The notes under the pieces: generated by a model
Database searches by the model: none
What the model was told of the DNA's origin: nothing
What the model saw: the letters and a program-made list of their open reading frames with translations, nothing else
Part shown: positions 31,396 to 40,100 of the stretch, in pieces
Numbering within the stretch: position 1 is the stretch's first letter
Layout: each line of letters opens with the position of its first letter
Source: an uncultured delta proteobacterium
Lineage (GTDB): Bacteria > Myxococcota_A > Polyangia > Polyangiales > JAFGIB01
DNA: 64,000 bases
Reading direction: 5' to 3'
Assembly: GCA_963778655.1 (NCBI GenBank)
Contig: CAVZVA010000010.1
Span: forward strand, 896,001 to 960,000
Translations under genes and position numbers: made by a program

Positions 31396-32094
31396 TCACT
31401 GGGCAAGGTCGGGGCAGGCTTTACTCAGCGCTACGTGGCGTTCGCAATAGCAGGCGCAGCCCGCGGGGCTGAAGCAGGGATCGAGGCCGGGGGGCTGGCT
31501 GCAGTCGCACTCGGGCCGCGAGCCGAGGGCCTCCAGGTCCCGTTGGTCGCGATCGGTGCACTGGGCGCAACGAGCGCAGCTGTCGGGGCACGGCGCGTTG
31601 TCGAACGCCGTCACGTTGTACCAGGGGGTGACATCGCTGGAGCTGCCCTCGCCGCGCCACGAGCGGAGGACGCAGTCGGCGCCGCTCGGCTGGCAGCACA
31701 GCTCGCAACCCTGCTGCGTTGGACTCCGGCAGCCGACCCGCGAGTCCGGCTCGGCGTCGGTTGTGGGCGGCGCGCTCCCGCCCGCGTCGCGCGGGCCGTC
31801 GCCGCCATCGATCGCGCCGCCGTCAGGTAACTGGGAGCTCGTGTTTTCGCCCTCGGCGCCCGCGTCGCTCGACCCGGCGCTCGCGTCGCCGGTTTGGCCG
31901 TTCGTCGCGCCGCCCGTGGTCGCAGAGTCGGCGTTCCGCGTGCCCCCGTCGTTGCTCGCACCGGCTGCGCTGTCGTCGCCGGCTGCTGGTCCGCTGGACG
32001 ACGCGCTGCCGCCGGTTGCGTCTTTTCCGCACGCTGCCAGTGCGCACGCGGTCAGCACATACAAGAGCCGCCAGATCCACCGCGAAGACCCCAC
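31396..32094 (-). CDS. Cys-rich lipoprotein
   Basis: Lipobox LAAC, low-complexity linker and Cys-rich C-terminus. GTG start inferred. Confidence 0.7.
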   Translation of the reverse strand: MGSSRWIWRLLYVLTACALAACGKDATGGSASSSGPAAGDDSAAGASNDGGTRNADSATTGGATNGQTGDASAGSSDAGAEGENTSSQLPDGGAIDGGDGPRDAGGSAPPTTDAEPDSRVGCRSPTQQGCELCCQPSGADCVLRSWRGEGSSSDVTPWYNVTAFDNAPCPDSCARCAQCTDRDQRDLEALGSRPECDCSQPPGLDPCFSPAGCACYCERHVALSKACPDLAQ

Positions 32095-32347
32095 CGCACC
32101 CGAGTAGCACAAGCGCCGCGTCCTCCGAGAGCTCGACGCCGATCGCGCCAAACGCTGACCGCGCCGATTGACCTGAGCCAGGTCACGACGGCCACACCGC
32201 CGGGCAGCGTCGCGCCTGGCAAGCGTTGACCCATGCACAGCGCCTGCGCTGGCTCGACGACGCGAAGCGGTTCGCCGCCAGCGCACTGCGCGCGGCGCAA
32301 ACACGACGCTGAGCCGACGCGGCAGCAGGGCTCGCGAAGCCGGACGT

Positions 32348-32890
32348 GTGACTGCCTTCGCTACGCGAGTCCGTTCATATCCGCCTTGCGTGGAGGCTGC
32401 GCGTGCGCGAAGCCGCAGCATGGCCTCAATCCGTGCGCCGACGCTCACGGCGTCGGCGCAGCGTCAGGTCACGGGTGAGCTGGTCGCGGCCATCGAAAGC
32501 CGCATGTGTTCCGAGAAGACCGATGACGCCGAGCTGATCGTGCTCTCGCGGCTGGGCGCCGGCATTCCGGAGCTCGCGAGCTCGAAGGGTCTCGACTGCG
32601 TACTCGCACGGCACCCGAAGGAAGACGCCGTGCTCTGGTCCGCGCTCGACGCATGGCAGATCAACAAGCTGCCCGAAAGCGACGCGATTCGCGAGGTCAT
32701 GCACACAGCCAAGGACCCGCGCACGCGCGCGCGCTTGCTCCCACTCGAGGAGCGTATAGCGCGCCGGGGACAGGTCGAGGAGGGCCAGGCGCAAGTGATC
32801 GCGAGCGATCCGCCGCCGGACTTCCGGCCGGAAGCTCTCATCAGCAAGTCGAACACCAACAACACAGGAGGTAGCCATGCGACGCGTTAG
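32348..32890 (+). CDS. Hypothetical protein (start uncertain, possibly truncated)
   Basis: The C-terminal two-thirds has protein-like composition. Its 3' end contains the RBS GGAGG for the next gene. Confidence 0.45.
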   Translation: MTAFATRVRSYPPCVEAARARSRSMASIRAPTLTASAQRQVTGELVAAIESRMCSEKTDDAELIVLSRLGAGIPELASSKGLDCVLARHPKEDAVLWSALDAWQINKLPESDAIREVMHTAKDPRTRARLLPLEERIARRGQVEEGQAQVIASDPPPDFRPEALISKSNTNNTGGSHATR

Positions 32891-33040
32891 GACGGCCGCA
32901 ACGATTTCATTCGTCGGTTCGCTATTCTTGGTGGCATCGCCGGCCGCTGCCTTCAATACGGTCACGCTCAATGCCTCGGGAGCGACGTACATCGGTATGC
33001 GCAGCGACGGTTACGCCGTGGTCGAGACCTGCAACCCGCG
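32877..33040 (+). pseudogene. Secreted protein N-terminus cut off by a transposase-end repeat
   Basis: Strong RBS GGAGG and signal peptide MRRVRTAATISFVGSLFLVASPAAA. The sequence switches to repeat A at about 33040. Confidence 0.6.
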
Positions 33041-33172
33041 TGAACTTCGGCCTCAGGCCGCGACGGCCATCACCGGGGGCGGATAGGTGCCGGGCGGGAA
33101 CCCGACGTCGCGCCCTGCGCGGCGGTAGCGGTCGGAGCGGTCGGCGTAGACGACGTGCAGCACGCCCGTCTC
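33040..33172 (-). mobile_element. RAYT-like element family A, copy 1 (extreme 3' end of transposase)
   Basis: Near-identical to 36027-36160 and 40349-40482. Encodes VLHVVYADRSDRYRRAGRDVGFPPGTYPPPVMAVAA*. Confidence 0.85.
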
Positions 33173-33280
33173 TCGCCAGGCCTCTGCGCGAGCCACCACG
33201 TCGAGCCTCGAGGGATACACCCTCGGTCGGAGAATCTGGCGCGGCTGCTGATCCGGCCGCGAAGCGCACGAGCGGCGAGC

Positions 33281-33829
33281 TCAGAACGGACGCCGCGCGT
33301 CGACCTTGAGCTTGCCGCTGTTGATCGCGACCACCACCTTTGACAACAGGTCGCGCCGGTCGGGGTCACTCAGATCGGGCAGCAGCCGGCGCGCGCTCGC
33401 CGCGTCGTCCTCAGTCCAGTGACCGCGCTCGAGCGCGGCCTCGACCAACTCGGTCTTGGCCTCTTGGGCCTTCACCTGCTCCGCGGTCAGCGGAAGCGGA
33501 GCCGCGGCGGGTCTTGTGCCGGGTCCCTCGAACGCGGCGGTCTCCGCAGCCGGCACAGCCGGGGCCACGGCCGCAGTCTTTGCGGTGGTCCCGCGGGTGC
33601 TCGCGCCGCCGTCGTTCGCGAGCGCCTCTCGCACGGCGCTGCCGACCTCGTCGCGCACCCGCGACCAGTTCGTGACGCAACGAACGGGCGGCTGTGCCTG
33701 TGTGGACTTGGCCGCCAGCGCGGCGCTGGCCGCGAGCGCGGCGATCTTGTCCGGCGCCAAGCCGAACAGCGCCGCGTGCAGCACGAACCCGGCTCCCAGC
33801 CCAAGGAGCGCAGCGAGCAGCGTCTTCAT
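33281..33829 (-). CDS. Hypothetical exported or membrane-anchored protein, last gene of the five-gene operon
   Basis: N-terminal hydrophobic segment, Ala/Pro linker and helical C-domain (ALERGHWTEDD..VVAINSGKLKV). RBS GGAG. Confidence 0.75.
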   Translation of the reverse strand: MKTLLAALLGLGAGFVLHAALFGLAPDKIAALAASAALAAKSTQAQPPVRCVTNWSRVRDEVGSAVREALANDGGASTRGTTAKTAAVAPAVPAAETAAFEGPGTRPAAAPLPLTAEQVKAQEAKTELVEAALERGHWTEDDAASARRLLPDLSDPDRRDLLSKVVVAINSGKLKVDARRPF

Positions 33830-33845
33830 GTCGGCTCTCCGTCGC

Positions 33846-34268
33846 TCAATTCACCGACGGCGGCGCATAGGCCGAGTCGTTGTTGATCTGCAGGTAGGTA
33901 CACGTCCCCTGGGCGTTCCAGGCGAAGACGACCCCCGAATGCGAGGTCATGCTGCTCACGGCCAGCGCGTACCACTCGTTCTCGTGCGAATCAAATGTGC
34001 AGCTGCGCGTGATGATGCCCGAGACCACGCGGCACCCGCCCGAGGTGTCGCCATTGGGCAGGTCGGCCTGAAACCAGCAGCCGATGTCGTCGGTCGCATT
34101 GCCTCCTGCGCGCACTCCGGCCATGGAGCCGAGGGCAACGCCAGCGCCGTTCTGCTCGTAGAACATCAGCGGCGCGTCGGGTGGCTTGTAGCCGGCCAGC
34201 GCTGTGCCCGCGGCGAGCAGCAGCAGCGCGATCGAGATCGGAAGGATGGTCTTGCGCTTGGTCATCAC
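33846..34268 (-). CDS. Secreted 4-Cys paralog 4
   Basis: Signal peptide (ALA-G), then GSMAGVR..DIGC..C..C..VFAWNAQGTC..N.S...P. Confidence 0.8.
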   Translation of the reverse strand: MMTKRKTILPISIALLLLAAGTALAGYKPPDAPLMFYEQNGAGVALGSMAGVRAGGNATDDIGCWFQADLPNGDTSGGCRVVSGIITRSCTFDSHENEWYALAVSSMTSHSGVVFAWNAQGTCTYLQINNDSAYAPPSVN

Positions 34269-34272
34269 ACCC

Positions 34273-34764
34273 TCACGTGGTTGGCCGGCTGTGGGAAAAG
34301 TTGCTGATCTTCACCTGCTGGCAAATGTTCCGCCCGCCGATGCTCACCCACGAGAAATGGATGTGTGAGTCAGTCGTCATTGCTTGGAGCGCCCACTGGA
34401 AGCCGAACGCGACGGTGGCCGCGGTCAAGAACGTGCAGCTGGCGGTCTGTGTGATGAGCCCCACACGCTGGCGCGCTTCACAACCGCCCTCGATGTCGCC
34501 GTCGTTGGCGGTCCGCACGCCGAGGGGAACATTGCGGCGCGACCAGCAGCCGATGTAGTCCGAGGAGGTGCCGCCGGCGCGTGTCGCGCCCAGGGAGCCG
34601 TCCGCGGTGCGCAGGAACGTGTTGATGCTCACGCCTTCGGTCTGCGACTTGGCGCCCGCGAGCACGTGTGGAATCGGAATCGCGAGCGCCGCCAGCGCGG
34701 CCGCACCACAAGCTAGCAGCAGCGCGCAGCGAGCGTGGGCGGGCGTCCAACGATACGCGGTCAT
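34273..34764 (-). CDS. Secreted 4-Cys paralog 3
   Basis: Signal peptide (VLA-G), then GSLGATR..YIGC..C..C..IHFSW..C..N.S...P. ATGA overlap with paralog 2. Confidence 0.8.
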   Translation of the reverse strand: MTAYRWTPAHARCALLLACGAAALAALAIPIPHVLAGAKSQTEGVSINTFLRTADGSLGATRAGGTSSDYIGCWSRRNVPLGVRTANDGDIEGGCEARQRVGLITQTASCTFLTAATVAFGFQWALQAMTTDSHIHFSWVSIGGRNICQQVKISNFSHSRPTT

Positions 34765-35204
34765 GGTTGCCTCGGCGGGTAATAGGAGTAGTTCTTGATC
34801 TCGATGCTCGTGCACTGCGAGCTGTCATCCCACGTGAACTTCAGGTACGAGCTGTCCGTCACCATCTCGAGCATGGCATCGCCCGAAGCCGTGGAGACGC
34901 CCCAGCAATACGCGGTGGCACCGCTGTTCGCCGTCGCCTGGCACAGCACGAGCGTCGAAGAGAAGGGATCGGACTGACCCGGCACCGGCGGCGCGAGGTT
35001 GGGAAGCAGGTACACGTTGCAGCCGATGTCCTGGATGTTGCCGTGATCCTTGCGCGCCGTGCCGATCGCGCCCGAGGCGGAGCGCGCCGTTGTGTCCACT
35101 GTGACGTTGGCGTCCTGGATCTGCCCCGCGTTCACGGGCGCGGCCAGCCACAGCAGGCTCAGCGTAAGGGGTACCCAGCGCACGATGGAGTGTCGGTTCA
35201 TCAC
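34761..35204 (-). CDS. Secreted 4-Cys paralog 2
   Basis: Signal peptide (VNA-G), then GAIGTAR..DIGC..C..C..LKFTWDDSSQC..NYS..PP. Confidence 0.8.
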   Translation of the reverse strand: MMNRHSIVRWVPLTLSLLWLAAPVNAGQIQDANVTVDTTARSASGAIGTARKDHGNIQDIGCNVYLLPNLAPPVPGQSDPFSSTLVLCQATANSGATAYCWGVSTASGDAMLEMVTDSSYLKFTWDDSSQCTSIEIKNYSYYPPRQP

Positions 35205-35211
35205 GGTTCCC

Positions 35212-35631
35212 TCACGGCGCCTTCGGCTCGAGGTAGCCGTAGTTCGACAGTGCGATGAGCGTGCAATTCCCCTGGGAGTCCCACTGGAAATCCACCTGCT
35301 CGTTCTCGGTGGCGCTGGGCAGCCCGCCCATCACCAGGCCGAGGCCCGCCGGATTGGTGTAGGTGCAGCCCGCGCTCTGGCCGTTCGCGTCGACCGCGAA
35401 GCAGTACACCTGGACGCTGCCCGACGAGGACATCGTCGCGCACGAGATCTCCTGACTACCATCATTGGTGCTGTTGCGCGCGCTGCCCATGCCACCGCTG
35501 GCGTATCCGGAACCGATCGTGACCGGGACCGGTCTGCTGTCGACCGCGTCGGCGCGGCGCGCGGCGAACACACAGGTTGCCACCACTCCGGCCGCGAGCA
35601 GCGCGCTCGCCGTGAGCTTTCGTCTTTTCAT
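35212..35631 (-). CDS. Secreted 4-Cys paralog 1
   Basis: Signal peptide (ADA), then GGMGSAR..EISC..C..C..VDFQWDSQGNC..NYG..EP. RBS GGAGG. Confidence 0.8.
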   Translation of the reverse strand: MKRRKLTASALLAAGVVATCVFAARRADAVDSRPVPVTIGSGYASGGMGSARNSTNDGSQEISCATMSSSGSVQVYCFAVDANGQSAGCTYTNPAGLGLVMGGLPSATENEQVDFQWDSQGNCTLIALSNYGYLEPKAP

Positions 35632-35771
35632 CGGGCCTCGTCCCTCCGGTTGGATGACAGCCTACGCGGAGGCCGCCGCGTCCGGCGGTGACCATTGGTA
35701 ACCATCGGTGACCGCCACCCGCGCGCCCAACCGCCTCGCGCTCCGGCCCGGCGCCCCCTCACTCGCCCCCG

Positions 35772-36630
35772 CGGGAAGCACGTGCCGCGGGAAGCACGTG
35801 CCAAGGGACTGCAGCCAGGCGCTAGGCGCGCGCGGTCCGTCCGTGTGCAGACGCGGATTGCACGTCAATCGCGCGCGCACCGCGGACCCCAGCCGCAACG
35901 TGTGGCGGATTCTGGCTCGGCGACAGGTTGAAGGAGCACCGCTCTGGAGCGCACGACGGACGCACCGCACCGGTGCCCGGCCGCTCATTCTCGTGAGCAG
36001 CTGAGCAGCGGGTCGGTGGCCCAGGCGTGAAACTCGGCCTCAGGCCGCGACGGCCATCACCGGGGGCGGATAGGTGCCGGGCGGGAACCCGACGTCGCGC
36101 TCTGCGCGGCGGTAGCGTTCGGAGCGGTCGGCGTAGACGACGTGCAGCACGCCCATCTCTTCGTAGTGCTCCAGCCGGCGCTCGTGGCTGCCCAAGCAGT
36201 AAGGGCGGCGCGTCGTCTTGGGATGCTTTGGACGCTGGTCGAAGTTGGCGTCGAGGATCTTCTTCAAGCCGAGGATGGCTTGTTTGCGAGAGCTTCGCGC
36301 ATCGGTGCCCACCTCGTCTTCGCGCACGCGCTCGCTGACCCAACGGCGCAAGTCTGCGGCGTACGCATCGCGGTCGCGGCCTTCGGAGGTGGGCAGCGGC
36401 GAAAGCGTCAGGGTGACCGGCACGAAGTACGGCGCGAGGTCTTGGGGGCGGCCCGCCGCAACCCACGCGTCGTTGTCGAAGTGCTCGAAGCTCGTCGCTA
36501 GCACATCATCCCGCTCCACTCGCAACGGGCGTGAGCGGCGCTTGGACACCGCGCGCTTGGCCAAGCCACTTCATCGGACGCAAGCTCACGCAGTTGCTCC
36601 ACCGCGCAACAATTCTCCCTTGGCACGTGC
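35772..36630 (-). mobile_element. RAYT-like element family A, copy 2: internally deleted, both ends present
   Basis: 15-bp inverted repeats GCACGTGCCAAGGGA (35794-35808) and TCCCTTGGCACGTGC (36616-36630). ORF 36040-36564 joins an SRPLRVE N-terminus directly to the C-terminal part. Confidence 0.8.
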
Positions 36631-37080
36631 GTTCCGGGCATCGTTCGCGAACCCTACGATGGATGGATGCGGCAGGTGGCCCGCAACCTGACCGACGCCA
36701 TCGATGGCTTTCCTGATCAACCACCGGTACCTGATCATGGACCGCGCCCCCGTGTTCACGACCGGATTTCGTGCGCTGCTCGCGCGCTCCGGCGTGAAGA
36801 GCATGCGGCTGCCGGCGCGCAGCCCAAATCTGAACGCCTTCGCCGAGCGCTTCGTGCGCTCGATTCGCCAGGAGTGCTTGTCCAAGGTGGTACCGCTTGG
36901 TGAGCGAGATCTTCGGGAGCTCGTCCGCGAATACGTCGTCTCGACAACCGGTTGATTGAGCGCTCGGACGACGCGACGGCCGCCGGGCGCGTCCTGCGTC
37001 GTACGCGTCTCGGCGGCATGCTCAATTTCTACCATCGGGCGGCCGCGTGAGTCCGCGATCCACGGATGGCACACTACGAG
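36631..37080 (+). mobile_element. Integrase-core (rve) transposase pseudogene with its 3' end
   Basis: [11 protein letters not shown], then after a frameshift [33 protein letters not shown], and RLGGMLNFYHRAAA*. Confidence 0.85.
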
Positions 37081-37187
37081 GTACTGCCAGGCGCACCAAG
37101 GCGCACCCCCGGCCCCCCGTTTATCCTTCCTACGCTCCGTCGAAGCCTCGGGCGATGGGAACCGAGATACAGGTGGGCGCGCTGGCC

Positions 37188-38774
37188 TCAGTAGCAGTAG
37201 GGCTTCGTGCTCCTCGAGATCGAGCCCAGATACTGGCCCACGTTATACGTCGCCATGCTCATCTCGGACATCAGATACGTGAGCGTCGCGCCCTGAGCGC
37301 CAAGCATGCGATCATGAACCATGGGCGCGTAGTTCCCGAGGCGAAAGGGCAGCTGATTCGTGACCAGAGTCCATGGACCCGTCAGCGACGGCGACTGCAA
37401 CAGCTCGATGTACGAGTCGTACCCATTCGCGTGCATGAACATCATGATGTACCGGTTCGCGTATGAATCGTACGCGATCGAGAGTTCGCGGACGTGGTGT
37501 GAGGGGTCGACCACGTACGCCGCGGACGACTCGGCGTTCGCAAGGAACTGCGTCCCTGTCCAATACTCGTATTTCGTCGGGTCGGTGATCGACGCGTGGG
37601 TAGCCTTGACGCGCATCAGCTTCACGCCGCTGTTGCTGTTGCCCATGTTGCCGTCGGCCTGAATTCCGTAGATGTAGACGTACCCCGCGCCCGGACCGAC
37701 GATCTGATGATACACGCCCACATTGGTGAAATTGCTCGACTGGGCCCAATACTTGCCCGACGGATACGACGCGTCGAGCCGTTGCCAGGGGCCGTCGTCC
37801 ACCGAGTACGCGATGCTGCCGCGCGAGACATGCAGCACGGGTTGCCATCCGAGCACCGACATCAGCCACAAGTACTTGTAGTTGTGCCCGTCTTCCGTGA
37901 TACTGAACCCGCCGCTCGGGATCGCGCCATAGCTCTCGTTCGGACCGGGCGGAATCACCTGGTCCGCAATGTGATCGGAAGACGCGCCGAGCCACGATGT
38001 GAACGGAACGGTGCCGAATCCGCCTGTGTAACTCGACGCCGCGAGCGTGCTGTGTGCGAACTGCCCGAGCATGCCGTTGGTGTCGCCGAATGCGTAATAC
38101 ATGTGGAAGTTTGAGAAGAACGGATTACCCAGGTCGGCACCGATGATCCCGGCCTGCGCAAGAGTGTCATTGACCTGCAAGAATGGCGGAGTCATCGCCA
38201 TGCCTCCTGACACCCTTCCTCCAATGCTGACGTTGCCTGTTTCTTGACCAAAGAGCGCCGCGCTCGCGCCGGTGATGCCATCTCCGCATGCAGTGCCGAA
38301 GTACACGAATGGCGCGTCGTAGCCCGCGGTCTGCGGAACCGCTCCGGTGAGCTCGATCCGACACTCGGCGTTTGCGCCATAGGGCTTGTCGGCCGGACAG
38401 TGGGACCACGAGCTGTCTTGAGGGTCCCCCGACGCCGAGCTCACCACCACGGTCGGCGTACCCGTGAAGCTACGGTTGCTGTAGCATTGCAAGCGCGTTC
38501 GATTGGCCGCAACACTCGACGTGACGTCGTAGCTGGCGGAGCCGTCCGATCTGACGCGACGAAAATAAGTGAAGACGTACGCCTTCCCATCGATGCTCAG
38601 GTCGGCGGAAATGATCTTGTCCGGCGTGCAGAAGACGTAGCCGTTGTCGCTTTCGTCGTAGCCGACGTAAGTGCCCCAAGACGACGTCTGAGCGGCGGCT
38701 CTGGTCGCCCCGACCGCGAAGACGATCGTCGCAATTAGGGCAGATTCGGCTAGCGGATGAGACTGGCGTTTCAT
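37188..38774 (-). CDS. Secreted DUF4185 (GH183-like) glycoside hydrolase with an extra N-terminal Cys-containing domain
   Basis: Signal peptide, then GADLG, FGDT, AIPSGG, GYVYIYG, LMRV, YEYWTG, RELSIAY, SLTGPW and YAPMVH motifs. Confidence 0.75.
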   Translation of the reverse strand: MKRQSHPLAESALIATIVFAVGATRAAAQTSSWGTYVGYDESDNGYVFCTPDKIISADLSIDGKAYVFTYFRRVRSDGSASYDVTSSVAANRTRLQCYSNRSFTGTPTVVVSSASGDPQDSSWSHCPADKPYGANAECRIELTGAVPQTAGYDAPFVYFGTACGDGITGASAALFGQETGNVSIGGRVSGGMAMTPPFLQVNDTLAQAGIIGADLGNPFFSNFHMYYAFGDTNGMLGQFAHSTLAASSYTGGFGTVPFTSWLGASSDHIADQVIPPGPNESYGAIPSGGFSITEDGHNYKYLWLMSVLGWQPVLHVSRGSIAYSVDDGPWQRLDASYPSGKYWAQSSNFTNVGVYHQIVGPGAGYVYIYGIQADGNMGNSNSGVKLMRVKATHASITDPTKYEYWTGTQFLANAESSAAYVVDPSHHVRELSIAYDSYANRYIMMFMHANGYDSYIELLQSPSLTGPWTLVTNQLPFRLGNYAPMVHDRMLGAQGATLTYLMSEMSMATYNVGQYLGSISRSTKPYCY

Positions 38775-39006
38775 TTTGGCGCTCCTCGAGCTTGGACTTG
38801 GCAAAGCGACGCATGTGGGTGGTATTGCAGCGTCGGGCAGCACGGAGCAGGGCACGTGGCCGATACCTGCGGCCGTACCACGCCGTCGAAGGGCTCGTGT
38901 GAAGGCGGGCTGACGCGCGCGACCCGCTTGCCTCGCGTGCAGGCGGCCACAACGGCATGGTTTCTTGAGCCCGAGCGTTTCGGCACGCTGCCCTTCCTCC
39001 AGCTCG

Positions 39007-39384
39007 TCAGCCACCGCACAACAGCGCATGGACTGGACCGACCACGTCTTCGGACGACCAGGCAACCTTGCTCGGCGTTCCTCGTGCGGCAAGCGCTTTC
39101 ACGCGCGGCTGGGCGAAGAAGTCGATGCAGTCGATCATCTGTCCCGACTTCGCCTCGAACGAGTGCCACACGTCTCGCTGCGTGTAGCGCGCATCGAGAA
39201 AGGCTTGGATTCGGTCCTGCTCTAGCGCTGCGCCGGCCGCGCCGACGGCCGGTGCCTCGGAGAGCTCGTCCGGAGTTTGGTCCGCTGCTCCGCGGGCGAG
39301 CGCCGGAGGCGGCGCGGCAAGGCGCTGTGCGGTACCACGGCCTGGTGATGTCATGGGAGGCGCCTCCGAGCAGCGTGCCGGCAC
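39007..39384 (-). pseudogene. Possible neprosin-type peptidase pro-domain remnant
   Basis: HSFEAKSGQMIDCIDFFAQP resembles the neprosin activation-peptide motif. No catalytic domain follows. Confidence 0.4.
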
Positions 39385-39447
39385 CGCAGAAGGAGCCGTA
39401 TTCGCGCTGATGGCCGCAGGCTAGCGCGGCGACGCCGCTCGGTAGAG

Positions 39448-39483
39448 TGACCATTGATGACCATTGATGACCAATGATGACCA
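39448..39483. repeat. 10-bp tandem repeat (TGACCATTGA)x3.6
   Basis: TGACCATTGA TGACCATTGA TGACCAATGA TGACCA. Confidence 0.9.
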
Positions 39484-39627
39484 CGCGCGCGGGGGGATGC
39501 GCAGCGGCCACTTCAGCGCCTCGATCGCCTCGATCGCGTCGGTCGTGTCGATCGCCCTGGGAACCTCGGGCGAAAGCGCCGGAAACGGCGCGACGGCGTA
39601 TTGTGCCAACCGAGGATCGTGATGAAA

Positions 39628-39739
39628 TGACGAGACATGGTGACGGTCCTCGATTGACGAGACATGGTGACCGAGACATGGTGGTCGTGACCGAGACATG
39701 GTGACGACCGATGACCGAGACATGGTGACGGTCCTCGAT
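39628..39739. repeat. Irregular array of five CGAGACATGGTG units
   Basis: Units at 39631, 39658, 39672, 39692 and 39716. The first and last extend with ACGGTCCTCGAT. Confidence 0.9.
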
Positions 39740-39752
39740 AGTTCGATTGTTC

Positions 39753-40000
39753 GTATCCGTTCGTCGAATCGCGTCCTTGACCGCGGAGGGCGGGGGCTGG
39801 GGCGGAGCCGACGGGCTCAGCCAATCAGCGTGAGCGCGCGGTAGGGGTCAGCACGCAGGCTCTTCTGGACGTCGTCGCGCTCGCCGGTGGCTTTCCGGTG
39901 TAGCGGAGCCAGCTCGAGCACGCGATGTGCGGGCCATTTCGGCAACAGGACCTGGGCCCTGCGGCCTGATCCGCACGCGCTCGCGTGGAATCGCCAGGAG
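39753..40000 (-). mobile_element. IS66-family remnant: transposase C-terminus and terminal IR
   Basis: LLPKWPAHRVLELAP..DPYRALTL, and a GTATCCGTTCGTCGAA end at 39753 resembling IS66 GTA-starting IRs. Confidence 0.6.
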
Positions 40001-40100
40001 GCGTTCCTCGGGTAGAGCGCCCAGCTCGCCGCAGCCGCGCGGGCGGGGCCGGCCTTGCCGTGGGTTCGATCGCCGCCGGTGCGAGCGTGCTCCACCGACC

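Noticed and set aside
39628..39739. CRISPR array
   Set aside because: The 12-bp unit has irregular short linkers derived from the repeat itself, with no unique spacers and no cas genes.
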